From NCBI GenBank assembly GCA_043228905.1, contig JBHGNT010000014.1, positions 8,060,001-8,124,000 of the forward strand: a stretch of DNA of 64,000 bases, written 5' to 3'. The notes beneath the pieces were generated by a model. That model did not search any database. It saw only the letters and a list, made by a program, of their open reading frames with translations, and was not told the origin of the DNA. This document shows positions 22,148 through 34,938 of this stretch, one piece after another (position 1 is the stretch's first letter; every line of letters starts with the position of its first letter). The stretch comes from Azolla caroliniana. Its lineage: Eukaryota; Plantae; Polypodiophyta. The position numbers and the translations under genes were made by a program.

Positions 22148-24224
22148 TTGTGTGATTCGTATTTCAGCGCGTAGTTCCTTCATTGTGAATTAAATTTCTG
22201 CAACGATTTCTCAACAAACTGGTATCAGAGCTTGAGGTGCAAGCATGGAAGGAGGTGTGAGCGGATTCCCAAGTATGATAGTTCTAAACTCATAGAACTA
22301 TGCAGACTGGAAGATAAAGATGGAAAACCTTCTCATAGTTAAAGACTTGTACGAGCTAGTCCACAAAGCAGAAATACCCAGGGGGGTATTGGAGTCGGAT
22401 TGGAAGCGTCTGAATAGAAAGGCGGTGGCCACAATCCGACAATGTGTCAATGTAAGTGTTCTTCAACATGTGGTGAACGACACGAATGCCCACGAGATGT
22501 GGCAGAAGCTGTCGGGTCTGTACGAGAGGAAGAATGCGCTAAACAAAACCTCGCTAATGAGAAAAATCGTACGGCTGAAATACAGAGACGATGAGAGCAT
22601 CGTCGAACACATCAACACATTTATGGGGTACGTAAATCAACTTGTTGCGACCAAGTTTCCCCTGGATGATACAATGCAGGCCATCCTGCTGATGTGCACA
22701 CTGCCGAAAGCTGGGAGAACCTGGTGGTTACTCTTAGCACCTCCTGTCAAGAAGAGAACTTGTCTTTACAAACGGTGAAGACAAGCATCCTAAATGAGGA
22801 GGCTAGGAGGAAAGACAAAGGAGTCCTGTCCCAAACGGAGTCAAATCTAACTCAACATATGGACAGAGGAAGGTACCGGCAAAGAAGAAGTCCGCAGCGA
22901 ATAGACAAATCCCACGCCAGATCAAAGTCCAGAGGTAAGCCTGTGTGCTTTTATTGCGGAAAACCTGGACACTTCCAGAAGGACTGTTGACACATGAAGA
23001 AAGATAAGTATGTCGCAAACAATGTCGAACCCCGGAAGATTCCGGATGACAAGAACACTTCAGCCATAGCTACGAGCAATGAAGAACTCTGATTCATTTG
23101 TGAACAGATGACTGCAAATCTTGCGAGTGAAGATTGCACGTGGGTGATCGACTCCGGCGCATCCTTCCATATTACTCCGTCGAGAGAGTATTTCTCGACT
23201 TACATAGCTTGACGGAGAGTGCAAGATAACCGGAGTCGGAAGTGTAAGCTTGACGACGTCAACAGGGTGTCGACTGACGTTGAAGGATGTTTGACACGTC
23301 CCCAATATCAGATTGAATCTAATATCGACTGGAAAGTTTGACGACGAAGGCTACAGTGGTAGCTTTCGGAATGGCAAGTGGAAGTTCTACCGAGGAAATA
23401 TCATAGTGGCCCGAGCACAGAAAGAAGGCACATTGTACATGATGCATGCCCGACTGTGCAAATCAGAAGTAAATGTGGCAGTCGACTCGGTAGGAGAGAT
23501 ATGGCATAAGAGGCTAGGCCACATGAGTGAAAAGGAAATCCACCTGCTAGCCGACCAGAAACTTCTACCAGAAGTCAAGGGAGTGCATCTGGAGAAGTGT
23601 GTCAACTACTTAGCCGGAAAGCGGAACAGGACGACATTCCACTCGAGACCACTGAGGAGAAGAGAAGTTGCACTAGAACTATTACACACGGATGTGTGCT
23701 ATGTGGATGCTCCATCGCATTGAGGAGGATAGTACTTTGTAACGTTTATTGATGACTATAGTCGAAAGACATGGGCCTTCGTACTAAAGTCGAAGGATCG
23801 AGTATTGTCAATTTTCAGGGAGTTCCAGGCAAGAACTGAAAGAGAGTCGGGTCAGAAACTGAAGGTTGTCCAAACCGACAACGGTGGTGAGTACAGAGGG
23901 CAGTTCGAGGAATACTACAAGTGCCAAGGTATTTGAATCGAATACACAGTGCCAAAGACCCTAGAATTAAACGGCCTTGCCGAGAGGATGAATTGAACGA
24001 TCATGGAGAGAGTAAGGAGCATGCTCTCTCATGCGAAACTGCCGAAATCCTATTGGGTTGAGGCGTTGTACACAACTGTTTATCTGATCAACAAGTCTTC
24101 CTAGGTACCTCTAAAGGATGATGTCCCACAAAGGGTGTGGACAGGGAAGGATGTCTCCTATCAACACCTGAGGGTGTTTGGATGTTTGGCGTATATGCAT
24201 GTACCAAAGGATTAGAGGTCAAAG
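22148..24224 (+). mobile_element. Decayed Tork-like copia, 5' half (LTR end 22148-22216, PBS 22220-22231, gag-PR-INT); partner of 3409-6040
   Basis: LTR end matches the reverse complement of 3409-3477; TGGTATCAGAGC; INT stops at ..RSK and resumes LDSK at 6035 on minus. Confidence 0.92.
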
Positions 24225-24662
24225 TGTTGTCCGCTAGAATAGTAACTGACGGACAAGAGCGTAGGAATAAGAAATAATATAAGATCATAATGCATGTAAC
24301 GGTTCACGTAGGAAGCGTGAATGGCTAAATAGACCCTATGTATATAAAGGGCAGAAAACCTCTGATAGACGGCGCATGTAATTTTTGGAATGTAAAGAAA
24401 CGTATCATAATAGAATTCTATCTTCTCTGAAAGTCTGTGTATAGCTACGGCTAATCTATTGTGTGTCTGGAATACCTGAGTGTGTAAGAACGTAAGTGTA
24501 ACCATTGCTAAGGAGTTGGTTGTAGCCGTCTCCCTTATACGCTGATAGGTTACAGGGAACATTCCCCTATGCATTACACATAGACGCCTATTCGTTGTTC
24601 CACTACCACTTGGAGGTCTAGGTCGAAGGACTGACCGCAGACCGTGTTCCTAATCGGTAACA
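24225..24662 (+). repeat. 5' LTR of Arg-primed gypsy
   Basis: 438 bp, TG..CA, TATATAAA at 24341, preceded by TSD CAAAG. Confidence 0.93.
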
Positions 24663-24666
24663 CTTT

Positions 24667-24680
24667 TGGCACGCCCGGTG
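24667..24680 (+). promoter_or_regulatory. PBS, tRNA-Arg(UCU)-like
   Basis: TGGCACGCCCGGTG, 4 nt after the LTR; the same type of PBS as recalled for Ogre/Tat elements. Confidence 0.85.
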
Positions 24681-24711
24681 ATCTGTGTCTTCTCACAGAC
24701 GAGCAACAACG

Positions 24712-27700
24712 AATGGATGTTTAGCCGCAGACGCCCTACAGAACCAACATGACAAGACCGTCCAATCACAAGGTCCGTCACGCACCAGGCAGAAGAACGC
24801 GCACGGCAAAAGCCTCGCATCAGCAACCTCAGTACTACCTGCCGTGATTACAAAGGTGAGTCTTCACTCTCCAAATACCTCGATGAGACGCGGGGACTAC
24901 TACGCTCACCACAGCCACCCTGTGGTCTTTCCCGACCCCCCGTAGCCCCCAGCATGGCCTTTTCCTACCCCCACTTTACGGCGAAACCGACGCCGCAACC
25001 CATATTCGCATGTTCCTTAATGTCTTGAATGCGAACCACATGGCGCAGAGCCTTTCGGAGGCGGCAGCACACCAGTCGAAAATGACGGAGTTCAGGTTAA
25101 CATTGGATGGGCGAGTGGCATTTTGGCATTCACAGATGGATTAACCAGCAATCACAACCTTCAATCAGCTACAGTTTGCTTTCTTGCGGTTCTTCCATCG
25201 GAGGGTTCCACAACGCGAAATCCTCGGACAGTTCTACACGATTAAGCAACTGCCGACCGAGACGATCGTGGACTTCAGCTTACGTTTCCAAAATTTACGA
25301 CGTAAAATAGAACGGAGCCCCGCGGAGGACGAGGCTCGAGAAACATTTCTGGCAGCATTACGCCGACCCATCCAGGCAACGCTCAACAACAATAGCGTGA
25401 AATGGGAAACAACGGATATGGTCATTGAACGAGCGTTACAACTCGAGTTGGATGAGGAGGAGGAAAGGTTTTCTATGTCCTCCTTACGACAAGCGTTACC
25501 CCAGGACAAGGAACGCCAGTTTCCTCAAGCAATCCAGTACACGATTTGCTTGACCTCGGGGCATTCCGCAGTGGAGTGCAATATGCGAATCCACTGCCCA
25601 ATCTGCCACTCAAAGGCTCACACAGTCGAACAATGCAAATACAATATGTTGAACAGAGCCACTCCCGCAGTCCGCAGCATGGACACCCAGCGTCCACCAC
25701 ACCGGACTGAACAAAGGAGGCAAGAAGACCGACCACGGTATATGGATCGCAACCCACGGGATGACCGACACCACTGGAATCGCTGAAATCACAACGATTC
25801 CGAGGAAGACGAACCAGAGGACGAGGATTATCGTGGACATCCGAGTTATGCTAAAGGGGGCCGGTGCTACGAGAATCACCGGCCGACAAACAAACGGGGC
25901 GGCTTCAATGGTTATCATGGTAAGCCGCGACAATATCAAGATCACCGGCGTTACGACGAAAGCTCGGGAGATGAGTGATACCAAGAACAACGACGGGACC
26001 AACAACAACAACCGCGTGCATTCCGACAAACAAGGCCGGACCGCGAGGAGCAAGTAGCGCCAGGGGAGCGGCACACACCACCAGGAGCCGAGAAGGGTGA
26101 ATCAAGCATACATTGTTTTATTTGTCAGCAACTCGGACATTATGCCACGCAATGCCCAACAAGCAAGGGAAAGGGGCCCGCTGTCAATATGATTGCGGCG
26201 GAAGTGCAACAAGTCACGACACGCCAGCAAACAAAAACGGCTGATTGGGCTGCGCAAGACGAGATACGACAACAAGCCCAGGCATGGGTGGAAAAAGCAA
26301 ATGCGACCAATACAGAGCGCATGCGGAAGCAGTCCACGAACGCGAGGGAGTGAGCAGAGGACGAAGGACCGGTCCCGAACCCCATTTGGCAGGCATTAGC
26401 GGGCTGCGAGATAACGTTAACCATGGAGAAACTGCTGCAACTAGTCCCACGCTTCTGCCAGACCATGGAAGAACGGGTGACAGGCATACCCGGGGTGAGC
26501 GTCGCTACAAACCTTACAGACGTTAGCGACGGACTGCCGGTAGTGGATCGGCACGACCAGGCTATTACATTAATATTACACGGACAGGAAATTCTTGGAT
26601 GCGTAATCGATGGTGGCTCAGGCGTCAATGTAATTAGCGCGAAAACTTGCGAGCAGTTAGGCATTTCAAAATGGGAGGCTTGCCCATTCTGGCTTCGAAT
26701 GGCAGATACCCGCTCAGTACGACCATTGGGGTTAATTCACAAAATATGCATTATCGTGGGCGGTCATCGGTTCGACATCTCGGCGGTCGTCCTCGCCTTG
26801 GACACCCTAGGGGCATACCCAGTGCTTCTGGGCAGACCATGGCTTCGAGCAGCAAATATCAAGCAAAGCTGGCAACACCAGTGTATCAGTTTCGGACACG
26901 GACGCACCAAGGTTCGCGTACCTACAGAAGGAAGCACGCCACAACCCAAGGGTATAACACCATTATACACAGAAGATATAAATATGTTGGCTGGGGTGGA
27001 GGATGCAGAATTAGAGGCATACCTAGATGAGCACCCACGGATCATTCCGTTGTTCGAAATCGACGTCATCGCAACCGCGACAAGATATGCCACGGCCACT
27101 ATTCTCCACGACGAGGCTTACGAACCAAACCCAAAGTCCATATTGGAACTCAGTAGAGCATGGGTGGCATTCGAAAGGGAAATGGAGATTTCACGACGAG
27201 TCACCGCTTCCGCCCTGGAAGAAGTAAATGTGGGTACGGAGTCGGAACCCCGTTTCCTCTCCATCGCAAAGGAATTAAGGCCGGACTAGAGAAACACGAT
27301 GATCGCACTACTCACGAAATATAAAGATGTGTTCACTTGGGCTCACGAGGACATGAAGGGGTTAGATCCCAAGTTCTATCAGCATAAGATCAATTTAGCA
27401 ACAGACACAAAACCCGTCCAGCAACGCCGCTATCGCATGAACCCGAACTACGCGACCCGCGTAAAAGAAGAAATTGACAAACTCCTGAAGGCGGGGTTCA
27501 TACGGCCAGTTAAACAAGAGACATGGTTAAGCCCGATAGTGGTCGTTCCAAAGAAAAATGGCAAAATACGGGTATGCATGGATTACCGGAAATTAAACGC
27601 CGTAACCATTACGGACGCGTACTGGACGCCGTTGCAGGACATGAGATGTACAGTTTTTTAGATGGCTTCAGTGGGTATAACCAGGTACACATGCATCTCG

Positions 27701-28410
27701 AGGACCAAGAAAAGAAGACATTTGTCACGGACTGGGGAGTTTATGTGGCAGTCGTCATGATGTTCGGGCTAAAGACGGCGCCGGCAACATTTCAATGGAC
27801 AATTACGGAGATCTTTGGGGAATACATTCCGGTGTTCATGCAAGTTTTTTTAGATGACTTTGCGGTATATGGGAGAACAACAAACCATTTTACGCACCTG
27901 CAACTGTGTCTGGAACATTGCCGCACCGCATGCTTAAGCCTGAATCCCGCGAAATGTGCTTTCGGCGTGACTAGCGGGACTCTCCTGGACCATATAGTCA
28001 GCAAGGAGGGAATAGCGGTCGATCCGAACAAGATCTCCGCGATTACGCAAGCAAAAACTCCGACAAACGCGAAATCACTTGGCCGGTTTTTAGGACAAAT
28101 ACGGTGGCATAGTTGGATGATACGATATTTGGCGGACTTCGCCACGCCGTTACATGTTGCCGTACATCGGACTCCCTTCCAATGGACCGCAACGGAGGAC
28201 AAGGCCTATGATGCACTTAAGATAATGCTCACACAGGCTCCCGTCGTACAACCACCAGTTTCGACGAAGCCATTCCACGTGTTCGTCGACGCCTCGGACA
28301 TAGCAATAGGAAGTGCACTAATGCAGCTCACTGAACCAAACTGGGACCCGCCAGTGTACTACACTAGTCGCAAATTATCAACAGCAGAGCGTAACTATTC
28401 GATGACCAAG
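24712..28410 (+). pseudogene. Gypsy gag (three Zn-knuckle-like motifs), protease, RT, RNase H N-terminus
   Basis: TICLTSGHSAVEC, CPICHSKAHTVEQC, CFICQQLGHYATQC; VIDGGSGVNVI; LDGFSGYNQ..FGLKTAP..VFLDDF; FVDAS..ERNYSMT. Confidence 0.93.
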
Positions 28411-28415
28411 ACCTA

Positions 28416-28602
28416 TGTGACCATTTCCGTCGCGGTCTCCGAAACGACGTCAAGAATCTTCTCTTAAACTTCTCGGAGCCCACATCGTTGTCTCAAGTAA
28501 CCTCCCAAGTGTCAGGAACAATACTAAGACAAAGAGGGAATTAGTATTAAAATATGTGAATTAGTACTAAGAGAGAGAAAAGGGTGTTGAACTCACGAGA
28601 GA

Positions 28603-28651
<49 letters not shown>

Positions 28652-28973
28652 TTGAGAGAGAGAGAGAGAATGATGATAACAAAAGATATATTATATTATA
28701 TGAAGAGTAAGTACAAGAATAGCTATGTGGCTTAAGACTAGGGTTGAACCGATTTGGTTTGAAATAATTCCTTGTGCCTCCTTTTATAGTGTTTTCAGGA
28801 GTACTATTGAAGTTTCTAGAATGTTCCAGAGAAATTTGGAAATATACATCAATTTACTATAGTGAAATAATAAATGAAAATAATTCTCTTCATATCACAA
28901 TATATAGTCTAATGGCAAGGGCTTGACCCATGTAACATGAGGTCATCAGTTCGAATCCTGCCATATCATGACA
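28416..28973 (-). repeat. 3' LTR of the chromovirus at 2932-3408 (displaced by inversion); left end 28416 or 28510
   Basis: PPT AAAGGGAGGATAG then TGTCATGA at 28973; TATA near 28785; (GA)n at about 28605-28668; linked to 3408 by TSD ATATT. Confidence 0.75.
28905..28958 (+). promoter_or_regulatory. tRNA-like A/B-box module at the U3 edge of a chromovirus LTR
   Basis: TAGTCTAATGG ... TGACC/GGTCA hairpin ... AGTTCGAATCC; spacing 43 nt. Confidence 0.7.
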
Positions 28974-29000
28974 CTATCCTCCCTTTAAAAGGACGATATT

Positions 29001-29137
29001 TGTTGGGAATATGTCCCTCCAGTGGGAGGATGATCTGACTGTTCGGAAAGCCGACAGTTGAAGAGTCGGAAGACAGGAGCCAAGTTGATGAGGAACTCGG
29101 CCGAGGCCGAAACCGGAATCATGCAAATAGCCAACTC
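29001..29137 (+). repeat. First 137 bp of the 5' LTR of the decayed Tork-like copia
   Basis: Reverse-complement match to about 3878-4014; preceded by ATATT (TSD partner of 3404-3408). Confidence 0.9.
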
Positions 29138-29139
29138 GA

Positions 29140-29265
29140 GTTTTGTGAGTGTCGTTCATCGCCAGTCTGTCTCACCAAATGTCGCTTCAAGCTCCTCAAT
29201 GAAAGCGGTGAAGTTTTCTAAGAGAGGGGATGAGGTCTCGATCAAGGTGCAAACCATGCTTGCGT
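29140..29265 (-). pseudogene. Chromovirus gag fragment
   Basis: Reads QAWFAP*(frameshift)IETSSPLLENFTAFIEELEATFGETD, homologous to ORF 35260-35514. Confidence 0.75.
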
Positions 29266-29519
29266 CGGTCTGCGGAGAAGGGAACCGACAAGCCCAACCC
29301 GAGAAAAGTTGGTAGCATACTGTTGGGGCTGTAACCGGATGATAAACCCAATTTGGTTGATAAACCCGTGAAGATACGCCCTCGTGCTATTGAATTTTTC
29401 TGGTAGGCTGATGGTTGGTTAGAGGACATATAGATGAGAGCAGGACGTGGTCGGGCTAGGTGCCGACGATGGTTGTGAGTCGACGGGTGGTGGATTTCTT
29501 GAAGTGCCGGATTGGAACT

Positions 29520-32500
29520 CAACTGGACAAGCTCAACCGGATCCGGATCGGCTAAATAAACTTGAGCCTGATCGGTATTCGGATTGAAGGACCGGATCGG
29601 AGAGCTGGATTGTAATCTGGATCACGATGAACTAGTAGGCCATTAGAGGCCTACGAATCTAGCCTAGTATGTAAACATATTTTTGGGAGTTAGTGTCAGT
29701 CGCTCGTATGAGCATTGAAGTACATGTCAGTACTTTTGTCAGTCCTTTCATGGACTTGTATAAAAGTGCTCACCAAGCACATTGTATGTAGAGAGAGTTT
29801 TTCTAGTGTTTTGGAATACATGCGTTATCTATGTTCTGCTCTAACTTAGTCTCTCCCGCGTACTCTGTGATTCAAGGTTCCATTAAACCTGTCTGTATTC
29901 TGTTGCTATGAGCTGGTTTTCCGTTAGCTTCCTGATGCGGCACACAGGGACTTCTTGACTTGGGAAGAAACAACACACAGAGTTATATATTGCTTTGTGT
30001 CTAGTGTCGGTGATCAACTACTCAGCCATATCTAGGACGCCTAGACGCGAAAGGAAGTGTTGAAGGTCTTCGCTGCAACCACCACTGCTCGAAAGTTGCA
30101 ACTCTGACAGGAGTTAAGCAATGTCCGAGAAAAGGACATGTCGGTTGTCAACTACACGGGCCGGATCAAAGACATATGCCACTCACTTTCCTCTATCAAC
30201 GTGACCGTCGAGGAACATGAGATGGTCTAGGTCTATCTTGGTGGCCTAGCGTAGATGTTTGGAGCATTCCAGACAACCATCTGTACAAGGGCTAATAACC
30301 CCTCGTTTTTTTACTTACAGTCGATGCTCCTAGTACAGGAGAACGACGTGGGTGCGTGAACAAGCACACACACCGACAACAAGATGTTGTACACGAAGGC
30401 GGATCGGCCCCGTGTGTGTGGCGGATCAGCACGCAGTGGAAGCGGCCAACAATAGCTAAACCGAAGGTACAAGGATAGTGCCGACAACAATTCTGGATCC
30501 TCTATAAGCAGGGGGAGTCAAAGCGGCATCGGAAATCGGCAAGAGAAGACCGCAACTGAATGATGGTATTGTGGCTGGACGGCCCATAGAGAGAGCGAGT
30601 GTTGGCAAAAGCATGCCTGATTCGGACAAGTTTGGATCTGGCAAGGCCGAACGGGGAATCCGACAAAGCTCGCACTACGTGGAAGGACCGGAATGATCCG
30701 GTTTTGGAAATGCATTGGGCCCAGCCTTTGTGATGAAACACAAGGCTAACTTGGTGAAGACAAATGTCGGCAAACCAAACAAGGTATGGTACGTCGATTC
30801 CGGAGAGTCAAACCATATGACAAGCTAGGTCGAGTGGTTGACACTGAGGAGAAGCACATCTGAGACGTTCCCCTCAACCATGTCGGGTAGAAGGGAAAGC
30901 TGATGAACATCGTGCACATCCAGGCAATCTCAAAGAATTTTGTGTCAGTCAGACAAATTTTTGACCAAGGGATGCAGGTTCGGTTCACACATCTTGGGTG
31001 TTTCATCGAAGAAGAGGGAAAAGTCATCGCCCAAGGGCGCCGAGACAGGAGGATGTTCATCCTCGAAACAAATGATGTCGGCACCGCTATGTTCGCAAAA
31101 GGGCAAAAGGTCGACTCAGACATTGACCTGTGGCACAAGCGGATCGGTCACATCAATTTCCGAAAGCTACACAAGTTGCAATCGGAACACGTGGTTTCCG
31201 GACTATCCAAGTTTAGTGGCCGGAAAGGCCAAATCTGTGATGCGTGCCAGCTCGGGAAGCAACATAGGCTTCCTTTCCCAATGAGAAGAATCAAAAGCCG
31301 GAATCGGCTTGATCTCATCCATTCGGATGTGTGGGGACTGGCACAAAACACGAGTATTTCGTCTCCTTCATCAACAATTTCAGTCGACACACTTGGATCT
31401 ATTTGATCAAGAAGAAGAGCAATGTCTTCTCATGGTTCCGGGACCGAAAGAATCATGTTGAACGCGAGACTAGAAGAAAGATCAAGTGTTTGAGATCGAA
31501 TGGTGGAAAAGAATACTTTTCTAGCCAATTCATGAGTTATCTACAAACAAAGGGAATAAGACGGGAGTTCTCCTACATATACACACCGGAGTAGAACGGT
31601 GTGGCCGAGCGTCGTAATAAGACTCTAGTAGAAGCAGCAAGGGCGATGCTTGAGGAGAAAAGCATGCCCAAGTTTTATTGGGCCGAAGCAATTTGAACAG
31701 CTATCTACATCCAAAATCGGATATTTGCATCAAGGACAAAAGTGTCGTCGCACGAACTATATTTCGAGTAGAAGCCGAATTTGACACACCTTCGGTTGTT
31801 CGGTAGCATTGCATATGTGCATGTACAAAAGGAAAGACGGAGGAAGTTAGACGCGAAAGCCGAAAAGTGCATTCACGTTGGTTACTCGGAGGAACAAAAG
31901 GGTTATAAGTGTTATAACCCCCGATTGAAAGTGGTCTGATTTAGCCGAGATGTCGTTTTCGATGAATCGACATCCTGGTACTTCTCTCCATCAGACTCTG
32001 AGCCGATTGTTGTTAATGATCTGGTGGAATCTGGAATAGAGAGAAGCGTTGCGGAATCTGAACAACTGGATAGTCTAACTTCTCTCCAGATGAGTGGACC
32101 AAATCCGGACTGGTTGAGCCGGAATGGTCAATAGGGTGACAAGTCGGCGATTAGTGAAGATGTGGCCATGCTCTCCCCACACAAGCAACCGAGGAGACGG
32201 TTCACGCGCAAAGAAAATGGGAAGAAGAAGATGCCGGAGTACGACATCGGCTGAGTCGGATCAGAGCGAATCTGACTCCGACATAAACGAAAAGGGACCT
32301 CCGAGGAAGAGGTCGAAATGGCTGAGAAGGCCACGAAATCCGTGAATCAGGAATTGTGCTATTCCAACCGCCAGAAAAACCCCGCGAAGAGGTATGGGTA
32401 CAATGAGTATATGGTGCACCATTATGCGTACATGGCGAAGGTGGCAGCGGTGCATCAGCCGAAGAGCTACGCAGATGCGGCTAGGGATCCGAACTAGCAA

Positions 32501-34591
32501 CATGCCATGGAGGAAGAGATGCACGCACTCACGGAAAATGAGACGTGGGATTTAGTTGATGTATCGAAAGGGTTGAAGCCGATCAGTTGTCGATGGGTAT
32601 ACAAAGTGAAATACAACGTTGACAGCATAGTCAATAGGTACAAGGCCCGGTTAGTGGCCAAGGACTACGCGTAGCAACACGAGATCGATTATGATGAGAC
32701 GTCCGTGCCGGTCGCGAAGATGACGATTGTCTGTGTCCTGCTTGCCATGGCAGTGGTGAAGGGGTGGCATCTACATCAGATGGATGTGAAAAACGCGTTT
32801 CGGCAAGGTGTTCATGAGGAACAAATGTTTATGGTTCAGCCCCCCGGATTTCAATCCGGAGTGAACACATCAACTGTATACCAATTGAAGAAGAATCTCT
32901 ACGAACTCAAGCAAGACCTGCGCGTGGAATGCGAAGATCACGCCGAGATTGTGTCGGATGGGGTTTTCTCAATCAGACTTTCACTTTTCATCCAGAAAGG
33001 TCGGAACGGCCGATCTTGTAATCGTCGGTGTATGATCTGACCGAAATCGGCCGCGTAAAATTACAGCGCACGACATCGTTTGAAACTGAAGGCATACTGA
33101 TAAACCAACGACATTATGTGCTGAGTATGCTCTTCAAATTCGGTATGAAGGAATGCAAATCCATCTCGAGTCCTCTTGACCAGAATGTGAAGCTTCGCCC
33201 CGACTCTAGAACGACATGTGACCCAAAAAGGTTCTAATAGATAGTTGGCAACATTATATATTTGACCAACAACTGGACAAACCTCAACTATCCAATCGGA
33301 TTGATTAGTCAATTTATGGTGCATGTAACTATGGAGCACCTTCAGTGCACACACCGAATACTAAGGTATGTTTGTGGCACTAAGGACAGGGGGTTGTTGT
33401 ATTGGACCGGTGTAGCCAAACAGCCTGTCGGTGACATAGATGCTGATTGGGCTAGAAATGTTGGCGACCATCGGTCAACATCCATATATGTGTTTTCCCT
33501 TAGAAGCCCCACGGTCGTCTCGAGAAATAAGAAGCATCTGACAGTAGCACTGTCAAGCACCGATGCCGAGTACCGAGAAGTGGCTGTCGTGGCATTCGAA
33601 GCCATATGGCTCAAGAGGCTCCTGAAGGATCTGCGAGTGGAGGTGTCTGATCCGACAACAATGTATTGCGACAACCTCAACAACATCCAGCTGGCTAAGC
33701 ACCCCATCTTTCATGCCCGGACAAAGCACATCGAGGTGCAATAACATTTTGTCCGTGAGTGAATTCTCTCCGGTTCAGTGGAACTCCTGCATGTTCCTAC
33801 AGATCGGTAGATTGCCTATATCTTCACCAAACTCCTAGGCTTAGACAAGTTGCGGCAATTCTCTAGAACACCAGGTATGCAGTACCTCGATATGTCAAAA
33901 TTGAGGGGGAGAAAGGAGAGGAATGACAGAGATGGCCGAACCGGAAAGGCGGATATCGATTTTGATTTTGGCCCGACTGAAGAAGTTGGAGTACAAGGGT
34001 CGGCTGAAGAAGCCGAGACCGGACGTAGAGGGAGCCACCGGAATGGAAAGCCCAAGCCGGAGCCAACCAAAAAAGGGGGAGGCAAAGCCGGAAAGACCGA
34101 GACACAGACGTGGGTAGATGTCATAAAAGGTCTGGGAATCGAAGACGAATTGAAGACCATTGATTCGGTCGAGAGCAGAAATGAATCGGATGTACCCAAT
34201 TCAATCAAAATGTTCGATTCGGAGGAGCCGAATCTATGATGGGCCAAGCAGACAAAAAGGCAATTGAAATTGACGCCGACACGAAGGAGCCAACGGGTCA
34301 AGGGGCACTAGCACCATGATAGCAAGGGAGCTGACAAGGGCCAAAGGGGCAGACAAACCGATCAAGAAGGTCGAGATACGTGGAACTAGACGTGTCGCGG
34401 AAAGCCGAACCAGACTAGACCATAGATATTGACATTGAGATCCAACCTCAAGTTGAGCTTGAGGCGGAGTGTTGAGCGGACAAACTCAAACGGATCCGGA
34501 TCAATATCCTGATTGAAGGACCGGATAAGTGTTTGGATCGGTGGTCGGATTGGAGAGCTAGATTGTATTCTGGATCAGGATGAATTGGTAG
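29520..34591 (+). mobile_element. Heavily decayed copia of a second lineage (partial 5' LTR, gag-pol, PPT, 3' LTR from 34470)
   Basis: LWHKRIGH..CDAC, IHSDVWG, HQMDVKNAF, YCDN..RTKHIEV; PPT TTGAGCTTGAGGCGGAG before TGTTGAGC. Confidence 0.88.
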
Positions 34592-34927
34592 TGTCATGAA
34601 CATCGAGTCGAATTCAAGCCTTAGGTCCTTGTATATACACACCTTTGTATAAAGAGTGGTATGTAAGACTGAGTATGTAAGACTTAGTATGTAAGACTTG
34701 GCATGCAAGAATCAATATGCTTAATATTATAGTATGTATGACTTGGTATGAGCATGCTTATCATGCATCACTATATGTATAAAAAGGGTTGATCTCCCTT
34801 GTTAACATCAAGGAGATCAACACCAGTCATGGAATAGATATTCGTACTCATTGTCATCAACTTATCCATCTCTTTATCTCATCAACTTACCCATCTCTTT
34901 GTCTTCCAATTGTTCATCCGTGACAGA

Positions 34928-34938
34928 TTGATCTCCTT
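34928..34938 (+). promoter_or_regulatory. Self-priming PBS (Tf1/sushi type)
   Basis: TTGATCTCCTT is the exact complement of AAGGAGATCAA (34810-34820), 32 nt after the TATA at 34778. Confidence 0.85.
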
